A stretch of DNA of 63,227 nucleotides, the filler included, from Collodictyon triciliatum (lineage: Eukaryota): the NCBI GenBank assembly GCA_043381765.1. It is 11 parts of 11 records of this genome, joined end to end, with 100 filler letters (N's around TTAATTAATTAA, not from the genome) between each part and the next. Parts side by side here need not be neighbours in the genome. Positions count along the whole stretch, not along the records: positions 51,819 to 57,473 come from JBHJMP010005044.1; positions 57,574 to 63,227 come from JBHJMP010005045.1; 9 more parts are not named here. One strand, written 5' to 3'. Made by a program: the position numbers and the translations under genes. The notes beneath the pieces were generated by a model. It did no database searches and was not told the DNA's origin. It worked only from the letters and a program-made list of their open reading frames with translations. Positions 51,982-63,227 of this stretch are shown piece after piece; positions within the stretch are counted from its first letter, which is position 1; each line of letters starts with the position of its first letter.

Positions 51982-54900
51982 TCACAAGCCTTTTGGCGTG
52001 TAGTAGTTGCCTTTCACAGAGTGCGCCGCACCACTGCCCAGAGTTGCTTTCAGTTCGTATGAGCCGGGTCCTGGTCCGGCCGGAGCTGTCAAATGGTGCA
52101 TTGTCAGGCCGCAAGATGATACATGGTAGCTCATTATTTAGATTATAGCGCACGTTGCTTTTGATAACTGGAAGTTTACAGTTGAGCAAACCTTCTTTCT
52201 TGGTTCTTCTTTCATACAGCGAGTAAGCTGGCGCACTTCCAAGTAATGAAGGAATCATATACTTTCCAGGGCCGGGGACATCCAGTTCTATGTTTTTTGT
52301 CATAAAAAAAAGTGGCTTATATAATTGCGATTTCAAAGCACTAATAAAATGGGTACCACGTGTGGGAAATCAGAAAGAAAAAGAAGAGAGGTATATTCGT
52401 ATACTCTTTTGAGGCGGAATGGCTTCAGATATAGTGAACGACGGCGCTGTGCCAGTTGAGTTCGGATGAGAATAAGCTCCAGGCCCGGGAGTTGAGGACG
52501 CTTTACAACATGCATTTATAAATATTTATTGTGAGCTAACTTTCGGTTTTAAACATATCACTTGGTCAGTATCGTTACCATTATTATGTCAAAAAAAAAA
52601 CCCGAATCAAGCAAACCCGAGCGACTTGGTGCACGTCCTGGCATGGAATACGCAGGTGCTTCACCAAATCTAGAGCGCAGTTGATAAGCTCCAGGTCCAG
52701 GAACATCATCGCCTACATTTCACCATAAATAAGTCTTATTGGGAAGAGAAAAAAGAGCAAGAAAAATATGATGAATAAGGTATAAACGAATAAAATATAA
52801 TTGTGAAATTATATGATTAATTTACATGGACAATTCGAAAATTGAGACCTTTTGGAGGAGGGAACTTTCCTCTTACAGAATATGTGATTACAGGGTCGGT
52901 AAACAATTGGGGGTTGTATGCTCCAGGCCCGGGTGTATACGAGTCTGATTGTTTTTTTGAGAGAAAGAATGAACTTTTAAGTGGTCTACAAGGGTTTAGA
53001 AAAAGTGTTAGTTTATATTACATTCTGTATTATTTTTCTCTAGTCTTTAAATCAACCTTCCTTTGTTGGAGAACGGCCTCGCATAGTCCAGGAGGGCCCC
53101 TCTCCAACAAAACGCGGGGCCTCATACTTTCCGGGTCCGGGCGTGTTCGTTTCTTTTGTGTTTATTGATGACAAGTAGTACCGTGAATATGTAATTATAA
53201 AATATTAATAATTATATCAGCCATCCTCCCATGTTCATGTAGTTCACTGGAAATCATAACAAGCTTACCAGTTGCGCTATTTGATTTTTGCCTCATTGTG
53301 TACGATTCTGATTGCCCTATGTGGCTGTGGCTCTCATACTTGCCTGGCCCCGGATATGATTCGCCTATATTGTGATATATTTCAATATTGATGATAAGCT
53401 ATCTCTAGAGTCATATATAAAGAGAAAAATTCACGTTTTGGGGAGCCCGGTCGGCCGTTCATCGAGTATGCTGGAGCTTGGCCAAGTTTTGCACCAATAT
53501 GGTAAGCACCAGGGCCGGGTGTTTGAAGCGCTAGCAGAAATGAGAGCGAGTAAGATAAACTAATTGTTAATACTGAGTGATTTTTCATATAATTCAAAAA
53601 GAGGAATGTTATAGATGATACATGCCATGAAAAATAGGCTGTGAAGAAAAATTGAGGAAAACAACGAAATGTAGTGCATACACAATAAAAAAAAAAAATA
53701 CATTTTTCATATGCGGAGCGTCCACTCATGGTGTGCGCTTGTGCAATTCCAAAAAGTGGGCTAATTGTATACGATGCAGGTCCTGGAGAGACTTTAATTT
53801 CGGCATCTTTTTTACGCCCATTCATAGAATATGAGGGTGCCGTCCCAAGCAAGGAGTGATGTTGATAAGCACCTGGCCCAGGCGTTTGAAATCCTAACCA
53901 TACAATTTTTTTTTAAAATTATTTCATTTCCAAAACGGCATTGTTTGATTGAGGAGAGGGAATATTTTTTTATTGTTGCACTTTTTCTGATCTAATTTGG
54001 TTACCTGATTGAGTATCTCTCTTATTTCCAAAAGTGTAAGAGTAGCTTTCTCCAATGTAGCTGATTGATTTGTATGCATCTGGAGATGGGGTCAAGTATC
54101 CTGAAAGAAAACAAAATCATACAGTGAAATTTCAGAAGAAAAATAGTTGAATGAATAAGAAATTTTCGTTCCATTAAGGACACCTCGTGTTGGTCTTGGG
54201 CGACCAGGCATTGTGAAAGAAGCCGCCTCTCCTAAACGTGACCGTATTTCATACTTGCCCGGTCCGGGAACATCATCGACTAAAAATAAAGATAAAAAAC
54301 ATACCATAACATTTGAGAAAGGCGAAATGGTTCATATCATAAAATGAATAAACCACTACATGAACTACTGAATAAAGCTAAAAGAGATGTCGATGTATAA
54401 TAAATCAACAAATAATTCGGCCTTGAACAGAATAAAGGAGAAAATGAACAAATGATTAGAATAAAAGAAAAAAAAGGGAACTTATTAGGATTTAATATTC
54501 CCAATATTTCTTAATCTATTTGCCATGTATGCAGTTCAAAATATCCAGCGTATCATATGTTAATTATTTGCCCACTTTTTAGAGTAGGTCTCTTTGCACA
54601 CATCGAATAGGCCGATGACGTCCCGATTTGAGACGGGCTTTCATACGAACCAGGTCCTGGGGTTACATGACCAGCTGCATTCCAAGGCAAATAAGAAAAA
54701 CTGTGGTTGCATCGAAACAGAAGTACAGAAATACAGAAATACAGAAATACAGAAATACAGAAATACAGAAATACAGAAATACAGAAATACAGAAATACAG
54801 AAATACAGAAATACAGAAATACAGAGAGAGAGAGTTTAAATGGTTTACGACCATTGAGGTCAATTAATTGACAGGTTTACCTTTCTTGGTAGTCCGTCGT

Positions 54901-56054
54901 TCATACATCGAGTAAGAGGGAGATTCACCGATGAATGACTTTGAAGAATACACGTTTGGGCCCGGTGTTTGAGGCACTGTAATAAATAAAATACAATAAC
55001 ATGATAAAGTCTTTTAGTAAAGACTATTGATTTTTTCGAGGGACATGTTTCATGAGGAATGGTACATTTTCATCGAAATTATATCCAACTTTTTTCGGGA
55101 CTGTAAGGCCCAGTCATCGTATAAGATGGTGCGCTCCCCACTGATGATTTTATATTGTAGGCTCCAGGACCTGGAGTCAATGGCTCTTTTTCTAGTAAAT
55201 TGCTAAGATTATCAAGTACTCAATAACCATAACCATACAGGCTTCCCCCATCCGGGTTGAATATGATAGATGCACTTCGGAGGCTGATTGATGTACCATT
55301 GTGATTATTCCGTTTTCCACTTTGTCGGCCACTCATAGAATGGGATGGAGCATCGCCGATGTATGACGGTGTGTTGTATGCACCCGGACCAGGCACATCA
55401 AACACTTTCGAGTGGCACAAGTCCAATACATAGATTAATAATAACATATAAGAAGTACGAAAGCGATGTTCTAATCAATTAAATACAGAGAGTCAATTAT
55501 TAGATTAATCTACAATATTACTAGGATAAGGAGACAAAAAGATATATAGATCAAATTTGGCACACATCAAGACAATCCACTTGCATAAATATATATAATT
55601 GAGTTGAAAAGACACGCAATTGGAGGATAATACTAAATAAGATGATGAAACTAAGAAGCCTCAGAATAAAGACGCCAGCTGTTCAAAATCAAACCTGATT
55701 GATACATTATTATGTGTTAGCAAAACGGAGAGAAAAATAGAATTAAATAAAAACTAAATAGTTAATAGTTAAATAACGCCAGGATATAAAAACAAAACAA
55801 AACAAAACAAAACAAAACAAAACAAAACAAAACAAAACAAAACCTTTCGGAGGATTACGCCGCGAGCCCATCGTCCAGCTCCCTGAGTCGGGCAAAGGTG
55901 ATATTGGCGTGTATGCACCTGGCCCGGGTGTCGTTGGGCGAGCCTTGTATTGTGCCAAGGCCGGCATTGCTGAGACAGACATATTGCGCCCTGCTTGGCC
56001 CACTAAAAAGTGACCAGCGGCGATTTGCGCGCGGTGATCAGAATAGAGTCTCAT
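51982..56054 (-). CDS. ODF3/SHIPPO-repeat (PGP-motif) ciliary protein, ~17 repeats
   Basis: Repeated units xTPGPGAY/DVPGPGKY...APAYSM.GR, nearly all on separate short exons; last exon GPGPGSYELKATLGSGAAHSVKGNYYTPKGL* (TGA 51982-51984). Start uncertain (56054 or 55982). Confidence 0.88.
54724..54825 (+). repeat. (ACAGAAAT)n 8-bp intronic repeat
   Basis: Directly visible. Confidence 0.9.
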
Positions 56055-57807
56055 TCAAATCAGACGCAAAGTTGGCCATTATCAAAGAGGGGGAAACGTG
56101 GCTGATAAGCTCGGCTTTGTCAGATCGCTTTGGTGGAGTCCTCTCGTGTTGTTTTCTTTATTCGCGCTGGGAAATGATACAGACTTTGGCAGTCCTGATT
56201 CTGCTGGCTGTGGAACAGAAGCGACAGAAGTGATTTTTTTCCACAGATGGATGCAACTCGTTGCGATTAATAAGGAATGTGGTGCAATATAGATCTGGAT
56301 AATACAATATTTATGTTAATTGGCCCTTCATATGTCAGTTTATATCAATTAGAAAATGTAAGAATGAGAAGACTATATGTAAGTTGTAAGAATACATAGA
56401 GGTCTCTTCATCGCTCACAAGCGACATAGGATAGATAATATTAATACTTCTGAGTTCTGTGTGTCGGGTTCAGCTCGAGTGGTCATACGTATCGAAAGCA
56501 GACCTTAATCTCTTAGATATGAAAGGAAAAGCAGATATGATTACCAGCCACCAGAGCTGGAATCTGAAATCTTTTACTCCAATTAATGCGATATCATGCT
56601 TCACGCTTTCACATTCACATTCACCAGCGCAAAAAGATTTGATTGATATTGTCCCACAAGAACGCGCATGGTATTGTGAGAAGCGAATGTTTTTTGATAT
56701 CCTTATATCGTGTAACCACATCACATCCATCCCTATACATTTATCTATACTTTAATATAGAAAAAGGCGATGTAGCTTTCGATATAGCCTGCACGATGTT
56801 TTCTGACCCAGGTTGTTAGATGAGAGCTATTGGAGCATGTTTGATAGGACATAATACAAGTAATAACGAATCTTTATCATGTAACCCACAGTGTGATATA
56901 CTTGAGATACAGCAGATTCCAGTCTGAGCAGCATCCGACATCCGAAATACATCAGGAAACGAGCGCAGTATAAGCTGACAAGGACATCGCGGCAAAGGAG
57001 GCGGACTTATATTCCAGAGGTTACCGCGAAGCTTCGCTGAGTGCATTGTGTCTATGTGGAAATGAGCGACAGAGAGGCCAACGGAGGAGGAGGTGGCGAA
57101 TGGTAGCGAGCTGGTTGGATGGTGACAGATATCTCAAGATGCTGGGGAGTTGCGAGTTGTGGGTTGTGGGACGGTGCTTTGGATGCAGAGAAGTATGATA
57201 GATAAAAGTATGGGAAATGAGTGTGGAAATTCATAAGCAAAAGAAAAGTGTCGATGGCTGCGACTCATTGAGGTGCAAGGGAGTGACCATAATGGTGATG
57301 TGATATATCTGTGGTTAGTTCTCCTGTATTTAAGGGGCACCAGTCAGAACACCGGTGGTTCGTGCAGCTGATGCTTCGCATCGCTACGCAGTCATCAAGT
57401 CTGTCTCGTGCTCCACATGGGTGCTCGACTACAGACAGCTTCATGCTCTGAACCACAGGCTTCGGCTCATCGTNNNNNNNNNNNNNNNNNNNNNNNNNNN
57501 NNNNNNNNNNNNNNNNNTTAATTAATTAANNNNNNNNNNNNNNNNNNNNNNNNNNNNNNNNNNNNNNNNNNNNTGTGTTTGTGTGTGTTTGTGTGTGTTT
57601 GTGTGTGTTTGTGTGTGTTTGTGTGTGTTTGTGTGTGTTTGTGTGTGTGTGTGTGTGTTTGTGTGTGTTTGTTGTGAAACCTTCTTATGCACGTTGCACC
57701 TATTACCCCTTTGTGTGAGTCATTCAGTTTTGAATTTAATGATGAAATGGGTAATTTATTTGTAAATAACCCAAAACAATTTATTTATTTATTTATTTTT
57801 TTTTAGG

Positions 57808-59121
57808 CTTCGCTCACATCCTTGCGACAACTTTCTGAAGCGCAGCTGGATGCACTTGCCGCAGTGAATCTGACTCTTGGCCTTTTAAACGGCAATGGCA
57901 CGTACGACCGACGTCTCATTCTTCACATAGCCGTCGATTCTGTTAGACATGTGGTAAGTCCATTTACTATTACTATTGTTATTTATTCTTGTAAGTGTTT
58001 CAAATCCCTCTTGTTCGTATTTGAATCATATATAAACTTTGTATGTAACTTATGTATACGGTCTTTTTATTTATTTATTTATTTGAACTCGTTTACTATT
58101 TCTCCAGGAAATTGTGAAAGACCAGGATTGGGAGGATATACAAAAGGGTCTCCGAAAGCTCGATTTCATCTCCAATCTCTATGATGAAATACACAATGCC
58201 ACCAACTGCTACTATCTCTACTGGCATACAAATCTGATCCGTCCTTTCCTGGAGACTGTCTACCAGCAACCAAATCTCGCAAACAAGCTTCACTATATTG
58301 TTGCAGCCTTCCAAGACCCCTCTCCCATTCTTCAGCAGGCCACTCATATTATGAACCACGATGAACTTTTCCAGAAATACAAAAAGGAAGTCGAGGACGG
58401 GCTCTTTGATGTCTGTTTCCCTTAATTACTTCTTTATATTTGTAGATATTTTTGCCTGATGTATATCTCCTAGAAAAAAAATCGGGGGGGGGGGTTTACT
58501 ATAGCCTGGCTGTGTTATCAACCTTTGTGTTTCTATTCCAGGTCATCATTTCACCCCTCTGCCGTGATATTGAAGCAGACTTGCGTCTTCACATTCATTC
58601 TCATCTCTCAGTCAGCGATAGAAATCCGCTCACTACAGCTTTTAAGGACCTCAGCAAGTTCTTGAACTTGAGGCCCATTCGCCTGTTTGATCAGTCATTT
58701 GATATTAAAGGTAAACTGACAACAAGACATTCATATTGATACTCGATAATTTTGTATTCACCTATGTTTTTGTTCGCTCGTCTTCACTCACGCAGATAAA
58801 TAGTCGTATTTCATGCTAGTTGACAGATTTGTCGTGATTAAATCATGTTTGTATCTCAGGACATGTTGCCCACTATCTCGACCAGACTTTCTACAATCTT
58901 ACCACTGTTGCCCTTCATGATTGGAAAACTTATGAGGAAATGAGAAATCTTGCCCTTGAAAAGTATGGACTTCAACTGACAGAGGTTCATTTGCCCGGTG
59001 CCACTTTAGAACAGGTGTCTTTTCTCCCCCATTTCTTTGAGTTTTTGCTTACGTTTTTTTATCCTCATTTATACTTGACTACATCATTTTTTCTGTGTCT
59101 TAAATACCCCCCCCCCCCCCC

Positions 59122-59161
<40 letters not shown>

Positions 59162-61353
59162 CTTTTTCTTTTTTTTTTTTTTTTTTTTTTGAGACTAATA
59201 TATTCCGGACTATTTTGAATGTTTATGGAACTGTTTCGTTTATGGCAGGGTTTGGATATTCTCGAAATTATGCGCAACATCCACATCTTCGTTGGTCGAT
59301 TCAACTATAATCTCAACAATCAGCTCTTTATTGAGGCAACCACTAACGGGAAGTATTTGAATACAATCAACATTCGCCACGCGTCTAACTCAATCCGTAC
59401 TCATGGAACTGGTATCATCAACACAACGGTATAACAAATCATTAATAACTTTTCTGACTTCATACTACGATTATTGAAAGGGTCGTGCATCAATTTCCAT
59501 ATTTTTACGTATGTACTTATGTATGTGTATTGGATTATAGGTGAACTTCACTTACCAGTTTCTTAGGCAAAAGTTTAATATTTTCAGTCAGTTCTTGTTT
59601 GATGATCATATAAAATCCAGATTGATGAAAGACATGCATTGGTTTAAGGTTTGGCTCTCGTTTTACTTAGTTATGTTCTCTGACTTTATTTTCTCCCAAA
59701 TCATATTTGACGAGTCTCGCTCTCCTTTCTTCTTTTCTCGATTGCATACTTAGACAAAGAAAGATGAACTCAACAGTCAATATCCATTCGACCGAGCGGA
59801 GCGTTTCAACAAAGAAATCCGAAAGCTCGGGGTTTCTGCCCAAGGATACACCTATCTTGATCAATTCCGCCGTCTCATTACAGAAATTGGTCCGATTTCA
59901 TCTCATCATCAAATTATACTTGTCCCTTAATTTATCTTTTATATTAACCGCATATACATATTGTTGTCTTTACAGTCTGTTCTATTTTTAAAATAAATAT
60001 ATACTTTTTTTCGATTTCAGGTAATGCACTAGGCTATGTCAGACTGATTAAGGCTGGAGGCCAACATTACTGCGGAAACGCCGTTGCTTATCTTCCAAAT
60101 CTTAGGGAGATTGGCTCGTTTGAGGAAAGCGCACAAAAAGATGGGATGTCCTCTGAGTGCATCTCTGCAGCCAAGTATTATGGACCTTTTATTTTCTGCT
60201 CATATTATGAACTAAAGCTATACTAGTAAAAGAAAAAAGTATGCTATGTTGATTATATTAAGATGAAAGAGAATGTGTATTTCTATCAATCACTTGACTT
60301 TACCCTCCTCCCCTCAAAATCAAAACAATACAGAAATCTTGATAAAGTCATGGACACATTACTGAAAAACTTTGCCGAAGGAACTGAATATTTTAAGTTA
60401 CTTGTTGATGTGTTCGCTGGTGAGTATTAGTGTTTCTTGCTGATATGTATCGTTCGCTTGCTGAAGTAATTGAATGTTATCCACCTAGAAAAATTCCGCC
60501 AGCCCGAGAACACTCATCTTCGCAACTTCCATATGATTATCCCACCACTCACTGTGAATTACGTCGAGCATATTCTGCAGCAGAAGGAGAAGATGACAAA
60601 GAAAGGAAAAGAAACCGGCACATTTACGGATGATGGTTTTGCTATTGGTTCGTTTAGATAAATTGTCAATCGTCTGTTTTGACTCTCTTCTATTATGTAT
60701 TGAATTCCTTAAGACTGTCAGTAAGTCGACTTAATCTAATGATACGATTGATTTATAATCAGGCGTTGCATACATCCTAAAGTTGCTAGATTTGAATAAC
60801 GCTTTTGATTCACTCCACTGGTTCGATGTCGTTCAGCAGTACTATGGCGACGAAAGCCAAAAAGTGATAATTTCATACAGTCTACAACTAGTATATGTAT
60901 AAAGCTATCCATCCCTCGCAATACAAGCTCTCTTTCCTCTTTCAGAGGAGTCCCAACTGTTTGCATAAGGAGAAAAAGAGGTCAATTCAAATACCGATGT
61001 AACATCTTTCTTATTGGCCGACTATATAGGTGGATTCTACAATCCGCACCGTGGTGAAAAAGAAGGATGACGAGCATGCGCAAACTCTCGTGCTCAGCAA
61101 GTATGATGTTCATTTACCTTTTTCTTCACCCTCTTACTTTTCATTTAGACTTCATTAGCCATATTTTTTTCCCCTTTATTATATGGAAGAAGCAAGTAAT
61201 ACTCATCACATCGTCAGCACCTCATTACCCTAGCATATATCTTGTTCTGGTTGTCACTTTTGATCTAATAGGAAGCGACTTCTTGCGTATGGCCATGAGT
61301 TCGAGCTTCTCTTTTACTCCCTCCGTGGCGCTTGCATCTTCTTTAAGGACTAA
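57808..61353 (+). CDS. WASHC4: WASH complex subunit 4 (SWIP/KIAA1033), 3' part
   Basis: [111 protein letters not shown]. Confidence 0.93.
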
Positions 61354-61843
61354 AGATATTCATCTTTAACCACGCTACACTTAAGCTCACTCTCAAAACA
61401 TCCACAGTTTCAAAGCCGCGACATTTCCTCCCAATTCATCCCCCTTGCCGAATAATGAAGGTAAAGAGTTTTGGGCGTGGTGGAGTGTCCCCTGCTATAA
61501 GCGCCTTGTGATGTTTGAGATTGAGTATCTATCAGCAATCAATCACTCCCAATAATAAAACTGAAATGATGAGAAACACTACTTTTTTAAAATAATAATA
61601 ATTAAAAAAAATCATACTGAACCCTCGTTGACAGTTTAAGTCCATCAGACAAGCTATGCCATCTTCAACGATATTCTCATTTCTTTAAACAGCTATTAGA
61701 TAAGCTTGCATCGCAGTGGTTCTTGATATTCGTGTGGTACTTTTTTTTTCTACTTTTCTTTTCTTTTCTTCAAGGGTTGTTTATATGGGGAGTCTGCCAT
61801 CGTTGTGCAGCACTCGTCAGCAACCCGCCTGGCCCAGGTCCAT

Positions 61844-63055
61844 TTATTGGAAAAGGGTATCCAGTGCGCTTGTATCCACGGGGTTAGGCAAAGTCACCTG
61901 GAAGAGCGGCTCCTCAGTCATCGCGTAGGCGGCAGAGTAGAGTGCATTTTCATTGGTCCCATCCCATGCACGCCTCGAAATGCCGTTATTGACATCAAAG
62001 AAAAGCATGTTTCGGGCTTTTCGTGATGCTTCTTCTGTCCCATCCAAGACAAGTCCAAACCCTCCATTGATGGCCTCTCCCCAGCCTGTCCCGCCTCCGT
62101 TGTGGATGCTGACCCAGGTTGCGCCTAACCCCCCCCAAAAAAAAGAAAAGAACAGGAATTGGGTGATGATGCGCCGCATTTTCGTGCTGGTTAAAGGAAA
62201 AAGAACTGGGCCAAGAAAAAAAAGAAGCTGTAAACCTCGGAATGAGTCTCCAATGACATTCTGGATTGCCATATCGGCACAAAACATGGAGCCGTCGCGA
62301 ATGTTAGATGTCTCTCTGTATGGACTGTCGGTTCCGCTCACGTCGTGGTGGTCTCTGCTAAGCACAATAGGGCCCTTGTGTCGTATAGGTGATGTTAATA
62401 CAGCTGTGTCGCAAAGTCTATGATGCAAAAGAACCTTTCGATATTTAATTGCTTATCACCTTGAGCTGCCCAGCGCGGATGGCTTGATTGAATGCCTCCG
62501 CAATTGTAGCGCGTCCCTGAAGAACGTGGTGAGTGAATATGAATAGGGACGATATGGGTGCACAACATATACATATATGATAATCTGGTCTCCAATATGC
62601 TAGGTAATTGTGTCAAACTCGAAATTGCTGCTTTGGTGTACATCATTCACCCAAATAAAGAAATCAAAATAAGAGGATACAAGAAGAAAAACCTTGGCGT
62701 CGCTGTACAGGATTCGAGCCTGAGAACCGACAACCAACCTTTTATTTCATAAAATATAAAAAAAAAATATATGAATTTACTTTATATATATGACTATTGT
62801 GATAATAGGGGTTTATATATAAAACATATAATACCAGTACGTTGATAATTTTTTCCTTTATTCGTGCCAGTATGTTGATAAGAATTTATTTATTATTGTT
62901 TTCTTTTCTAGGATGACATATTTTAATACTTGTGTTCATCAACTTTGCTTATCCAAAGAAAGTTGTCTTCAAACTGTTGCTTCACTCGGACGTCTGGTGC
63001 ATTTTGTCCAAGCTTCTGAACAACTTCCATGGCAATTCGGTCAGTTTCGCTACGA
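61844..63055 (-). CDS. UROC1: Urocanate hydratase (eukaryotic UROC1 type), 3' part
   Basis: VGSQARILYSD, VLSRDHHDVSGTDSPYRETSNIRDGS..CADMAIQN.IGD.FRG|ATWVSIHNGGGTGWGEAINGGFG..LDG, FDVNNGISRRAW. Confidence 0.93.
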
Positions 63056-63127
63056 GGATTCTCATATGTGAAGAATAAAAGGGAATTTGGGAATTTGATA
63101 GCTAGAAATGTGTGTAAGGTCATCGAA

Positions 63128-63129
63128 TC

Positions 63130-63222
<93 letters not shown>

Positions 63223-63227
63223 AACAA
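63128..63227 (+). repeat. (CAA)n microsatellite
   Basis: Directly visible at the window end. Confidence 0.95.

Noticed and set aside
56350-57473. GC-richer stretch with several short ORFs
   Set aside because: No consistent exon chain or recognisable protein could be derived by eye; left unannotated.
62125-62235. Apparent 37-aa insertion in urocanase in ORF 61844..62428
   Set aside because: It is a 111-nt GT-AG intron that happens to be 3n and stop-free; removing it restores the conserved FRG-ATWV junction.
62708-62722. tRNA T-arm-like hairpin CAGGATTCGAGCCTG
   Set aside because: No cloverleaf around it; it is the antisense of the urocanase exon encoding QARIL.

Overview
Eukaryotic DNA, most likely from a flagellated protist: AT-rich GT-AG introns, many microsatellites, standard code. 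The window is not one locus. It is a pseudomolecule of 11 unrelated contigs of ~5.66 kb, sorted by non-increasing length (5663, 5660, 5660, 5657, 5656, 5656, 5656, 5655, 5655, 5655, 5654 bp) and joined by an artificial N44-TTAATTAATTAA-N44 linker, so adjacency across linkers means nothing. Ten contigs carry spliced host genes: TSNAXIP1-like, a MAP kinase kinase, a dual-specificity phosphatase, TELO2, a Myb factor, Rab1, a WD40 protein, an SK-like K+ channel, CCDC138-like, an ODF3/SHIPPO-repeat protein, WASHC4 and urocanate hydratase. One contig (46064-51718) is completely different: intronless, microsatellite-free and gene-dense. It encodes a family-A-like TVpol primase-polymerase fused to an SF3 helicase, a Polinton-type rve DDE integrase and three orphan ORFs. 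Giant-virus-like AAAATTGA early-promoter motifs precede the genes and perfect hairpins flank the gene block. It looks like a virophage/Polinton-like-virus/transpoviron-related integrating element, with no capsid gene in the part visible. Exon boundaries and family calls come from manual translation and recalled motifs, not database searches.
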